Below, one piece after another: positions 7,034-15,978 of a stretch of DNA of 64,000 nt; the stretch's first letter is position 1; each line of letters starts with the position of its first letter. The DNA is from a virus. Lineage: Duplodnaviria > Caudoviricetes. A model generated the notes under the pieces. That model did not search any database and was not told the origin of the DNA. It saw only the letters and a list, made by a program, of their open reading frames with translations. Position numbers and translations under genes: made by a program. Where the stretch lies: IMG/VR virus record IMGVR_UViG_3300005528_000063, positions 1,378 to 65,377 of that record. One strand, given 5' to 3'.

Positions 7034-7303
7034 GGGATGGACGCCGTTTCTTGTGGCGTTTCGGGGGTCGGTTCCGCCTCTCCGTCGAGAGCGTGAAGCG
7101 GAAGTCCTTGTGCCTGCACGGGTTGCGGGGGGCGTAAGAAAGGAAGGGCGGAGCCCCCCCAGCCGCCGCACGTATCAGTTACGTTCCCCTCCTGGATTTT
7201 TTCCCAGTTTCATTGCGGCCCCTCTTGTGCGGGGGTAGCTGTTCGCCCGTCCACCGCTATACTGGGCGCCTGTATAGTCCCCCCTTGTACAGAAAGGGTT
7301 CCG

Positions 7304-7678
7304 ATGATCGAGGCAACCGTGACGGGCAACGTGGGTCGTGCCCCAGAGATGAAGACGACCCGCAGTGGCAAGCAGATGGCTGGGTTCTCGGTGGCGTCCA
7401 CCGAGAAGAAGGACGCCCCGACCACGTGGGTGGAGGTCGTGTGCTTTGACGAGCAGGCCGACATGGTCTGCCAGAGCCTCCAGAAGGGCGACAGAGTCGT
7501 CGTGACCGGCAGGATGGCTCTGGAGACGTTCCAGAAGAAAGACGGCTCTACGGGCTTCTCATTGCGTCTAATGGCAAATGAGGTGGGCCGTAGCCTCCGG
7601 TGGCCCCGCCGGTCGGCTGGCGCCATGCCGGAGGTGTCGGAGGTCGAGGAAGAGGCTGCCGAGCCGATCCCGTTCTGA
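7304..7678 (+). CDS. ssb: Single-stranded DNA-binding protein
   Basis: TGNVGRAPEMKTT...FSVA...TTWVEVVCF...LQKGDRVVVTGR; acidic tail ending IPF. Confidence 0.92.
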   Translation: MIEATVTGNVGRAPEMKTTRSGKQMAGFSVASTEKKDAPTTWVEVVCFDEQADMVCQSLQKGDRVVVTGRMALETFQKKDGSTGFSLRLMANEVGRSLRWPRRSAGAMPEVSEVEEEAAEPIPF

Positions 7679-7745
7679 ACACGTTGCCGGTCGCCGGGCG
7701 TGGCAGGGACGCTGCGCTCCGGCTGACTGGCTGAAGGGGTGACGC

Positions 7746-7961
7746 ATGGAAGCCACGCTTCGCTTCGACCTGAGCGATCCCGACGACGCCATTGAGCACC
7801 GCTACGCCCTTGCGGGCCGGGATGCCCTCATCGCCCTAGAGGTGATCGACAACCGCTGCCGGTCGATCCTGAAGCACGGCGACCCGTCGCCTGAAACCGA
7901 GCGGGTTTTGGAAGAGCTTCGCAGCCTGATCCCGCATGAACTGGTGGGGTTGCTGGTATGA
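7746..7961 (+). CDS. Conserved small phage protein
   Basis: MEATLRFDLSDPDDAIEHRYAL...RSILKH. Confidence 0.75.
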   Translation: MEATLRFDLSDPDDAIEHRYALAGRDALIALEVIDNRCRSILKHGDPSPETERVLEELRSLIPHELVGLLV

Positions 7962-8245
7962 CTTCCCGAGCGGGACAATCCGGCCGCCAGGGCGAGAATC
8001 TGCCCGAGCGGGACAGCAACGCCGAGCCGGCGGCGATAGCCTGCGACAGCGACCGGCCCGATAATCCGGCACCGCGACCCGCAGGCACCGGCGATACACC
8101 CACGCTCACGGCAGAGGAGCGGCTCGCCATTCGCGAGGCGGCAGACGCCTACGAGGAAAACAACGAAGACGCGGACTGTGAGCGGATCGCCCACACGCTG
8201 CGAGGGCTTCTGGACCGCACATCAGATGGCGGTAATCGCCAATAG
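7958..8245 (+). CDS. Hypothetical protein with LTxxERxAI...LRGLL module
   Basis: ATGA overlap with upstream gene; C-terminal module shared with 9374..9691. Confidence 0.6.
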   Translation: MTSRAGQSGRQGENLPERDSNAEPAAIACDSDRPDNPAPRPAGTGDTPTLTAEERLAIREAADAYEENNEDADCERIAHTLRGLLDRTSDGGNRQ

Positions 8246-8404
8246 ATGCGCAGTCGGTAAGAGAAACGCATCATTAATGCTTACAGAATCTCGTTTGTGA
8301 AACATATCTGATTCGATATGTTACGCCCGCAACATATTGGAAACTCAACGAATCGCGTCGGATTGCCAATATGATCCGGCACTACACGCCGCAGAGGGGG
8401 ACGT

Positions 8405-8665
8405 ATGAATGATACGAATGAGCGGTCTGATTCTGTGGCCAACTATCCGGCGAAACCGGATAGTTGGCTTTTGCTTTCCATATGCCCACCACGCGATAGT
8501 GAACGACTGCTGTGGTGTCTGCGCGGTTATGGATGTTTCAATCCAATAATCACGATCGGATACCTAGAGGACGGCTTTGTGTACGGCGAAAATGGATTCG
8601 CGTACCACTTGACCAAAGAAACTTGCTGGATGCCACTTCCGGCCCCTCCGGCAGGATGGAAGTAG
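8405..8665 (+). CDS. DUF551-like protein
   Basis: Ends TCWMPLPAPP (THWMPLPEPP-like); N-terminal NYPAKPDSW linker. Confidence 0.65.
   Translation: MNDTNERSDSVANYPAKPDSWLLLSICPPRDSERLLWCLRGYGCFNPIITIGYLEDGFVYGENGFAYHLTKETCWMPLPAPPAGWK
8438..8472 (+). repeat. Perfect 13-bp inverted repeat inside a CDS
   Basis: GCCAACTATCCGG-CGAAA-CCGGATAGTTGGC-TTTT. Confidence 0.85.
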
Positions 8666-8681
8666 CTGTAGATTGGCTGCA

Positions 8682-8909
8682 ATGACAACAATACTGATTG
8701 TCGCCGCTGTTCTTGGCCTCTGGCAAGGCGAGCCGCGCGGGCAGGAGTATGCATTGCAGCATGGCGAACTGGTTCTGTTTTGGATTCCAGATGAGCGTCG
8801 ACCTGCGTTTGGCACGGCCTTCTATCTGTGGGGGTACGTTCCGGTGATCGTGAGCGACGGGCGGTCGTTCCGATTCCGTGACGTTGAATGGACGCGAGGC
8901 GAACTGTGA
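8682..8909 (+). CDS. Hypothetical protein with hydrophobic N-terminus
   Basis: MTTILIVAAVLGLW. Confidence 0.5.
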   Translation: MTTILIVAAVLGLWQGEPRGQEYALQHGELVLFWIPDERRPAFGTAFYLWGYVPVIVSDGRSFRFRDVEWTRGEL

Positions 8910-9094
8910 AGTCGTCGATTGCGACGGACGAGTGGGGGCGATACGTCCGAGTAATTGGCCTCCGAAGCGGCTACCTCCTCTGCGAACGGATCGACAAGTG
9001 CGGCAAGCGCACTGGCGGCATGGCGATGTATTGGGACTGTGAGCTGAAGCCCGCGCGGCTCTGCAAGCGAGATGCAAAGAAAACCAAGCGGTAG
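8906..9094 (+). CDS. Hypothetical protein
   Basis: GTG start overlapping the upstream stop. Confidence 0.45.
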   Translation: MKSSIATDEWGRYVRVIGLRSGYLLCERIDKCGKRTGGMAMYWDCELKPARLCKRDAKKTKR

Positions 9095-9121
9095 GCGCGC
9101 TCTTTGAGCGAAAGTGTTGCC

Positions 9122-9322
9122 ATGAAATGCGAATGGATTGAAGTGAGCGATCGACTGCCGGAGCTTGGCGAGTACGTCATTGTCGGCCACAGCAAACACA
9201 AGACTGTTTCCTTTGCCAAGCTCGTTGACGACGACGACACAGAAGACGAGTTCACGGTTTCGTGGATGACTGACTGCGGCGATAGCGTCTCGCTGCGGTA
9301 CTTCACCCAGGTAAGGACATGA
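9122..9322 (+). CDS. DUF551-like N-terminal fragment
   Basis: CEWIEVSDRLPELGEYVIV; lacks the C-terminal HWMPLP motif. Confidence 0.55.
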   Translation: MKCEWIEVSDRLPELGEYVIVGHSKHKTVSFAKLVDDDDTEDEFTVSWMTDCGDSVSLRYFTQVRT

Positions 9323-9324
9323 CT

Positions 9325-9417
9325 GACAACGATCCGGCTGCATTGAGCAGCACCGAAGGGAGGATTCGCAACCATGAAAGACGAGGCTGAGGTGTCTGCT
9401 CCAATGCTTGGTTCTGC
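9325..9417 (-). other. Integron attC-like imperfect palindrome with a degenerate R' end
   Basis: Minus strand GCAGAAC-CAAGC-ATTGGAGC-AGACACC-loop-GGTGCTGCTCAAT-GCAGCC-GGATCGTT; two bulged bases at attC-typical positions. Confidence 0.5.
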
Positions 9418-9691
9418 TGCAAAGCCAGAAGCGTGGTTAGTTGAGTCTTTGGAAGGCATGACGTTTTGCTACCAAGACTACCGCTTTGCAGACCTTTGCG
9501 CCGCTGATTTTGGTGGCGAGATCATTCCGCTTTACCGCTCGCCCTCGCTCACCGACGCGGAACGGGAGGCAATTTGTGACGCAGCATTAGAGCTGGACGA
9601 AATCACCGGAGAATCCATTCCAGAGACAGTTCTGCGGCGGCTGATGCGACAGGCGGCCATTCTGCGAGGCTTGTTAGAACGGACGAAGTGA
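9374..9691 (+). CDS. Hypothetical protein (PxAW...IPLYR...LTDAEREAI...LRGLLERT)
   Basis: GGGAGG RBS and ATG lie inside the attC-like loop. Confidence 0.65.
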   Translation: MKDEAEVSAPMLGSAAKPEAWLVESLEGMTFCYQDYRFADLCAADFGGEIIPLYRSPSLTDAEREAICDAALELDEITGESIPETVLRRLMRQAAILRGLLERTK

Positions 9692-10117
9692 CGGCAATGA
9701 CAAATCAACACACCGGGCGTGCCTCTCGCCGACGGGCTGACGCACATCAAGGCCCGGTTTGCGAGAGGCGACGTGTGGCCTAGCCGATGTCTCGGTCGGC
9801 GAAGCGAACCGGCGGGAGCCAAATACCCGCCGCCGGAATCTGGTAACCGGCAATACAAACGAAATCGAAGTGACGCTACTGAAATCAGAGACAGACATCA
9901 CCGCGTCCAGCGTTCGACCTCGCCAGTCGAAGGAGCCGGATGGCAAACACCGGATAGTCCGCTAAGTGACCATCGAATACTGGGTTAGTGGTCAGCCCTA
10001 TGTCGGCTCTTGCAGTCTGGGTGCGGACAACAGTGGACGCGGTGATGTTTTGACGCTACAGAGCGAATGCAGCGCAGCCCGACCAGGGGGCGCGACCATA
10101 CAGCGGCGAGGAAGCGC

Positions 10118-10237
10118 ATGAGCGACGAACTGCCAGACAGCAAGATTCCCTGGTGGGACAACGAATACGAGGGCGTGTATTCGGACGATCCCGAAGACGG
10201 CTATCCGTACGACATGGGGGCGAAGGTTCAGGAGTGA
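10118..10237 (+). CDS. 39-aa acidic protein
   Basis: GAGG RBS; MSDELPDSKIPWWDNEYEGVYSDDPEDGYPYDMGAKVQE*. Confidence 0.5.
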   Translation: MSDELPDSKIPWWDNEYEGVYSDDPEDGYPYDMGAKVQE

Positions 10238-10261
10238 CGCTCGCTGGAGGGCGGCAAAAGC

Positions 10262-10405
10262 ATGAGTGCATGGCTCATCATCGTGACCGGCTGCATCTAC
10301 GCCTACGTGGCTGGTGAGCAGTTCTCTCGGGGGAACGTGGGCATGGGGATCGCCTACGCCGGGTACGCCTTCTCCAACATCGGGCTGTATCTGCTGGCCC
10401 GGTAG
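10262..10405 (+). CDS. 47-aa small membrane protein of a type common in aquatic phages
   Basis: MSAWLIIVTGCIYAYVAGEQFSRGNVGMGIAYAGYAFSNIGLYLLAR*; GGAGG RBS. Confidence 0.75.
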   Translation: MSAWLIIVTGCIYAYVAGEQFSRGNVGMGIAYAGYAFSNIGLYLLAR

Positions 10406-10442
10406 CGCCTCTCGCAGGCCATAAACCCCGTGAGGGAGTTTT

Positions 10443-11402
10443 ATGGCCGTACCGGGTATCAAGAGCGTCGCTGGGGCCGCGTCTGCGGCTGGCGAGAAGG
10501 TCAAGAAGCTAAAGGCAGAGCTTGCCGGCATGCTCGGAGTCTCGCCGCCGAAGGCTCCCGATCCGCCCGAGACGATGATTCCTGCCGGCGGCGTCCCGCA
10601 GCCGAAGAGCGCTGAGGGCTTTACGCTGGCGCCGCTTGAGGAAGGCGACCCAAGCGACGTCGATCAGCAGCTTGAGGACTGGGGGTCGCAGTGGGAGAAG
10701 AGCAACGCCTACCAGCGCGTTGCAGGCGAAGGCGTACGGGATTACGTGGCTCGCCTCCGCAGCATGGCGGCCGACGACAAGCACAAGCCCGGAGTAGCGC
10801 GTGCGATTGGCGAGCTTGAGTCACGGTTTGCAAGACTTCTGGGCGAAGGCAAGGTCGGCCCGATCGAGGCCGGACCTGAGGACGTGCCGGCCGAAACGAC
10901 ACTGAAAGGCAAGGTTGATGCCGCAAAGCGGTACACAAGGAACCAGATCACCAGGGACTACACCGACTACCTTGCGGCGAATGGCGTAGATCAGCGCACG
11001 ATCGACGCCATTCTGTCCGGCGAACTCCCGATGAACCCCACCGCGCGTGCGGAGCGCGCCTCGATGATGGGGCTCGATCCGAATGCGGTCTGGCACCGCT
11101 GGGACTACCCACTCAAGACTCAATTCAAGGGCTATACAGGCGCCGCACTGTCGAAGCCCGAATACACGCGCTCCAAAAAGGGGGCTCTGTCGTTCGTCGA
11201 CTTGGCGCCGTCCAAGGAGGGTCTGGTTTACGCCTCCCACAGCCCCGAATACGCAAAGCTTGGGGTGCAGGTGCCGAAGGATCAGATCGTCCAGTACCAG
11301 CTTCTCGCGCCACGCGAGGGAATCGCAGGGCTCGATCGGCTTCCGCCTGAGGCGTACGACGCATTCCGGGAGCGGCAGGTGGCGGCGGCGAAGGGGCCAT
11401 GA
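10443..11402 (+). CDS. Hypothetical protein, possibly a degenerate ADP-ribosyltransferase (polyvalent-protein type)
   Basis: 319 aa; LPMNPTARAERASMMGLD...VWH...GLVYASHSPEYA. Confidence 0.6.
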   Translation: MAVPGIKSVAGAASAAGEKVKKLKAELAGMLGVSPPKAPDPPETMIPAGGVPQPKSAEGFTLAPLEEGDPSDVDQQLEDWGSQWEKSNAYQRVAGEGVRDYVARLRSMAADDKHKPGVARAIGELESRFARLLGEGKVGPIEAGPEDVPAETTLKGKVDAAKRYTRNQITRDYTDYLAANGVDQRTIDAILSGELPMNPTARAERASMMGLDPNAVWHRWDYPLKTQFKGYTGAALSKPEYTRSKKGALSFVDLAPSKEGLVYASHSPEYAKLGVQVPKDQIVQYQLLAPREGIAGLDRLPPEAYDAFRERQVAAAKGP

Positions 11403-11448
11403 ATAGCGATAGCGGCTCGCTGCTCGATGGATTGAAGGGGCGCTGACA

Positions 11449-12813
11449 ATGGCCGAAGGTCTTACCGACGACGAAGTGCTAGCCTACACGGCGATCCTGC
11501 CAGCCACCGCCCCTGAGCGCGATCCGCAGAAGCTCCGCGCGGGCGCGATCCAGAAAGACATCTACAACCGTCACGGCCTCACTCCGGACATGCCAGCCGA
11601 CGAAGCGGCCGCAAGGATTCTGGCAAAAGCCATGCTCGCCGGGCAGATTGACGATAACCGCCAGCCCGCATCCGGCTGGGCCAACCCAGAAGAAAGGGCC
11701 GCAGCCCGCGAGGCGTACGCGCGGAAGGGCAAGACGCCGGCCGAAGTGAAGGATCGGTGGGACAAGTCCGTCTACCTCATGGACCCCGCCACCTCCGACT
11801 ACTACCAAAACCACCAGCGTGACGCTGACTTCCTGACGCACGTGGCGTCGGTTCCGAAAGACGCCCCATTCCCGTACCACTACGGCATGGGCGCCTCTGG
11901 CCCACAAACGCCTCCCAAGCTGGCCGACGCTCTCGAGTATTGGGATCGCAGCAACATGAACCCGCTGTGGCGGGATTCGTGGTTGCAGGCGAACTACCAG
12001 AATCAGTCCGGTGCGGGGAATGCCGCGCTAAACGCCGCATCGAACCCAGACGTTCCAGCCGGAAACTACCTGAACTTCTCGGAGGTGGTGCCGGATTTCC
12101 TCCGCATGCAGGCCAGCGGCGAGACTGACTCCGCAGGGCAATCGTGGGAGGCGGCTGCCGGCAAGCGGACTGCGCTGAACAGGTACAGGCCGCTGTCTCC
12201 GTCGATGATTCTCGACCTTCCTGGCGGCGCCTCGCCCAGTGACGTGCGCCAGCGCGTGCTTGCGTTGCGCGACGAGCTGCGGCAGGCCGAGCTTCCCAAC
12301 CCCGACCAGCGCTGGAAGCAGTGGTCGAAGCAGAACTTTGGAACGGAGTGGGCGCCGCCGAAGTGGGTGTCGACCGGCCTGGACATGGTCTTCAGTCAAG
12401 CCGATCCGAGCGCCTTGATTCCTGGCATGGGGCCGGCGTGGAAGGCGGCTGGCGCAGGAGCCAGCGCCACGAAGGCCGCCATGACTGGGGCCAAGATCGC
12501 CGGCAAGGGATGGGTGGCGCCTGTCGTGAAGAACGCCGTCGTGCCGGTTGCGAAGGACGCGGCTTGGGACCAGGGCGCCGAGCAGGTCGTCGGGCAGACG
12601 CTCGTGCATACGGCTGGCGGGCCACAGGACGGCGAGGCGAAGTCGCCTGACGAGATTGCGGCCGCCAACAGGGCGCGATCCGCCATCTACGACAGAACCG
12701 TGAATGACGGGGCTATCAAGAGCGCCGACGACGACGCATTCTTGCGGTTGCAGAAGGACGGGCTTCTGGGTGCCCACGACCAAGTGCGCGCGATGAACGC
12801 ATTCGGTCGCTGA
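11449..12813 (+). CDS. Hypothetical protein, possibly virion-associated
   Basis: 454-aa ORF with genome-typical codon usage, upstream of the head genes. Confidence 0.75.
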   Translation: MAEGLTDDEVLAYTAILPATAPERDPQKLRAGAIQKDIYNRHGLTPDMPADEAAARILAKAMLAGQIDDNRQPASGWANPEERAAAREAYARKGKTPAEVKDRWDKSVYLMDPATSDYYQNHQRDADFLTHVASVPKDAPFPYHYGMGASGPQTPPKLADALEYWDRSNMNPLWRDSWLQANYQNQSGAGNAALNAASNPDVPAGNYLNFSEVVPDFLRMQASGETDSAGQSWEAAAGKRTALNRYRPLSPSMILDLPGGASPSDVRQRVLALRDELRQAELPNPDQRWKQWSKQNFGTEWAPPKWVSTGLDMVFSQADPSALIPGMGPAWKAAGAGASATKAAMTGAKIAGKGWVAPVVKNAVVPVAKDAAWDQGAEQVVGQTLVHTAGGPQDGEAKSPDEIAAANRARSAIYDRTVNDGAIKSADDDAFLRLQKDGLLGAHDQVRAMNAFGR

Positions 12814-12861
12814 CGCTCTGCCTGTGTCCCGCTAGGCCAAGAACCCATAGGGAATGAACCC

Positions 12862-13989
12862 ATGTCGGAAGATTCCGCCGTTATTGAGAGCGATGCAATC
12901 GTAGACAGCGCTCCCGAGTCCACCTCCACGCCGGAAGCGAGTGCCCCCAGTGCCCCTTCGACGCCGGAAGCTGCACCTGCGGCGACTCCTGCACCGGCTC
13001 AGCAGACGGTGTGGGACGCCTTCCGCTCTCTCCCTGACTTCAAAGGGCAGGACGACGTGGCGATTGCACGTCGCCTCTACTCCTCGATGGAGCGTGAGAA
13101 AGCAGCAACTGAAGCTCTTGCCCAATACCAGCAGTACATCCCCTACGCCCAACAGTACCTCCAAAACCGAGAACCCTTCGAGCGATGGCTCTCCTCCCAG
13201 CGAGAGCAGCCCGCCGCCCAGCAGCAGGTCGAGAAGACCACCGCAGCGGAGGCGGTGCGCAAGTGGTGGAACCCGCCGGAAGTCCGCGAGTCGTACAAGC
13301 AGTATCTCGTGAGGGACGAGAACGGCCGGGAAGTCATCTCGCCCGACGCTCCGCTCGACGCCAAGCACTCCCTGTACGAGTACCAGAAGTACAAGGCCGA
13401 CTTCGCCCAGAAGTTCCTCACCAATCCTGAGGAAGCGCTGGGGCCGATGATTCAGGAGATTGCCCAGCAGCAGGCCCAGCAGATCGTGCAGACGCAGTTC
13501 CAGCAGGTGCAGGAACAGCAGTTCGTCTCGTCGCTCGAGGAGCAGAACCGCGATTGGCTGTACGAGGCCGATGGCAAGACGCCCACTGAGGAGGGCAAGG
13601 CCATCGAGTCGTACATCAACGAGGCCGCCAGCTTGGGCATTCAGAGCCCTGAGGCGCGATGGGAATACGCCACGATGAAAGTGGAATTGGAGCTGCACAA
13701 CAAGGTGCGTGCGATGAACGCACAGAAGGCCCAGCGCAGTGCGTTTGAGGCTGGATTACCGCAGCAAAACGCACCTGCGCCTGTCGCTCCTGCTGCGCCT
13801 TCTGCGCCTCCTGCTGCATCTCCGGATGCACCAAGTCAGGCTCAGAAAGACATAGAGTTTCTTAGAAGGGAAGCCTCTCGCAATCCGAGCAGGAGCGCGG
13901 GAACCAGCGACCCTCGAACACCACAGGCACCGATGACTTTTGAGCAGCGTCTCGCGAAGCAGCTTCAGCGAGACGGCATCTCTTCCTGA
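12862..13989 (+). CDS. Putative capsid scaffolding protein
   Basis: Pro/Ala/acidic ends, Gln-rich helical core, immediately upstream of the capsid gene. Confidence 0.7.
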   Translation: MSEDSAVIESDAIVDSAPESTSTPEASAPSAPSTPEAAPAATPAPAQQTVWDAFRSLPDFKGQDDVAIARRLYSSMEREKAATEALAQYQQYIPYAQQYLQNREPFERWLSSQREQPAAQQQVEKTTAAEAVRKWWNPPEVRESYKQYLVRDENGREVISPDAPLDAKHSLYEYQKYKADFAQKFLTNPEEALGPMIQEIAQQQAQQIVQTQFQQVQEQQFVSSLEEQNRDWLYEADGKTPTEEGKAIESYINEAASLGIQSPEARWEYATMKVELELHNKVRAMNAQKAQRSAFEAGLPQQNAPAPVAPAAPSAPPAASPDAPSQAQKDIEFLRREASRNPSRSAGTSDPRTPQAPMTFEQRLAKQLQRDGISS

Positions 13990-14003
13990 AAGGGTAAAGC
14001 GAC

Positions 14004-15122
14004 ATGGCTTCGAGCGTTGACTGGGCGCGTTCTATTGGCACGACCCTGACCCTGCATCTGAAGGAAGAGGAACAAACCACCTTCCGGAAGTACAAGGTGT
14101 TCGCGGCCCTCCAGGCGAACGGCAACGTCGCCATGAATCAAGGAGGTAGGGGCTTCGACTGGCAGGTGCGCTATCGCGACATCCCTGTGTCCTCGTACAC
14201 GGGTGAGTCGCCTCGAGTCTTCGCTCGGCATGCCCTCTGGCAGAGAGCCTACCTGCCCTATCGTGGCTACAGCGTGACGGATCAGATCACAAAGCGTGAG
14301 ATGCTCGAGAATCGCGGTCAGGCGCAGCTCATCGACGTCGCCGGGAAGATGGCGAACCGGCTCCGCGAGTCGATGGAGTCGCACCTCAGCAAGGAAGTGT
14401 TCATCGACGGCTATGCCAGCGGCAACGACAACCGCTGGATGGGCCTGGAGTCGATGTTCGCCGTGAACGGCACGGTCAACGTCGCCAACGGCTCGCAGCG
14501 TGCGGCCAATGCGGCTGACCCGTTCGGCTTCCCCGCCGACGAGTACGCCGGCCTGAAGACCGGGCTCGGCCAGTACGCTGGCTCGCAGCTGTCTGCGGGC
14601 TCGTGGCCCCGAGTGCCGGCCGATCCGGAGTACGACTTTTGGTCGCCCCTGGTCTGCAATTACACCAGCACCTACTTCGGCGGCGCTACGGCGACGTGGA
14701 AGGATCAGTGCATCGAGGCGATCCGCGAGTCGGTCAACCACGCGAAGCGGAACGACACTCGCGAGAACCAGATCGACATGATCCTTCTGGATCGGTCGAT
14801 GTACATCCAGTTCCTCAACCGGCTGGATGCTCGTGAGCGTGCCATCGTGTCGAAGACCAACGGCCTGAAGTCCTACGGCTTCGGGGACGTGGTCGAAATC
14901 GACGGCATCGAAACCGCGAGCGACTATGCCGTGCCGGCCGGTGTGGGGTACGCCCTGTCCATCGGCAACATGGAGATGAAGGTGATGACCGGGCAGCTGA
15001 TGGAAGCGGAGGGTCCGTTCTACAACGAGGAGCTATCCGCGTACCGCTACGCCGTGTCGGTCCTTGCCAACATCAAGATGAAGTCGCCTCGCAACTTCGT
15101 GAAGTTCGCCGCCCTCGCCTGA
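14004..15122 (+). CDS. Major capsid protein
   Basis: 372 aa, strong codon bias, follows the scaffold; HK97-fold-like ending (NIKMKSPRNF). Confidence 0.8.
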   Translation: MASSVDWARSIGTTLTLHLKEEEQTTFRKYKVFAALQANGNVAMNQGGRGFDWQVRYRDIPVSSYTGESPRVFARHALWQRAYLPYRGYSVTDQITKREMLENRGQAQLIDVAGKMANRLRESMESHLSKEVFIDGYASGNDNRWMGLESMFAVNGTVNVANGSQRAANAADPFGFPADEYAGLKTGLGQYAGSQLSAGSWPRVPADPEYDFWSPLVCNYTSTYFGGATATWKDQCIEAIRESVNHAKRNDTRENQIDMILLDRSMYIQFLNRLDARERAIVSKTNGLKSYGFGDVVEIDGIETASDYAVPAGVGYALSIGNMEMKVMTGQLMEAEGPFYNEELSAYRYAVSVLANIKMKSPRNFVKFAALA

Positions 15123-15144
15123 CCCAGAAGGAGTTTCCTAGCAG

Positions 15145-15681
15145 ATGAGTACGTTGACTGCTGATCCCGGTTTCGCTCGCGGCCAGACGCTCGGCATTAC
15201 GATGCCGGCGTATGAGGCCGACGTCGGTGACGGCTCGAACGTCGTGGGCACCCGCAAGGTGTTTCGTGACGAAGACCCGAAGACCGGCGCCCTCAAGAGC
15301 AATCGGACGGTCGAGTGCATCGCCGTGAAGAACACGAGCGGCTCTGCCCTCCTTCCCGGTGCGGTTGCCAAGTTCAAGGACTCGGCGATCCTGTCGGAGG
15401 TGGACGGTCTGGCGGTGGCGGCTACTACGCTCATGGGCGTGGTGGACGAGTACCTCCCGGCTGCGGGCGTGCCGAACGGCGAAGTGTTCTGGCTCGTGGT
15501 GCGTGGTCCCTCGACGGTGACGAAGACTGCCACCAGCGTTGCTGCCGGTGCGGCCTACGGCCCGTCGGCTACGGCTGGCTCGGCTGCTGCGCAGGGCGCC
15601 AACGCCCAGCTCGGCTTCGCCATCGAGACGAGCGCCACGACCTCCGGCCGGATTCTCGTCCGCACGAACGCTGGCTTCTGA
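15145..15681 (+). CDS. Capsid decoration/cement protein
   Basis: Gly/Ala-rich; GVVDEYLPAAGV..GEVFWLVVRGP; follows the capsid gene. Confidence 0.65.
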   Translation: MSTLTADPGFARGQTLGITMPAYEADVGDGSNVVGTRKVFRDEDPKTGALKSNRTVECIAVKNTSGSALLPGAVAKFKDSAILSEVDGLAVAATTLMGVVDEYLPAAGVPNGEVFWLVVRGPSTVTKTATSVAAGAAYGPSATAGSAAAQGANAQLGFAIETSATTSGRILVRTNAGF

Positions 15682-15707
15682 TTCTCGTCATCAACGTCGC
15701 GACGTTT

Positions 15708-15750
15708 GGCCGCAGGAGGGATGGGACGCCCCCCTGCGGCCTTTCTTTTG
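15708..15750 (+). terminator. Intrinsic terminator after the capsid genes
   Basis: GGCCGCAGG...CCTGCGGCC followed by TTTCTTTT. Confidence 0.75.
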
Positions 15751-15768
15751 GACTCGGGGCTTTCTTCT

Positions 15769-15978
15769 ATGCCGCTCCCAAACCAACCTAGCCCGATGAG
15801 CCAGTTCGATCAGCCTGACCGGCAGGCGATCATGGCGCAGCTCCACAAGGCCGGCCTGCTCGACTTCCCGGAGCTTGAGGACTTGAAGGTGAAGCGGGAG
15901 GTCGGCGCCGGCAGCGTACCAACCTCGAAGGACGGCATGGCTCCGATGATTACCTCTGTACCGCAGGCAGATCGATGA
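15769..15978 (+). CDS. Hypothetical protein
   Basis: Short ORF coupled to the next gene. Confidence 0.55.
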   Translation: MPLPNQPSPMSQFDQPDRQAIMAQLHKAGLLDFPELEDLKVKREVGAGSVPTSKDGMAPMITSVPQADR

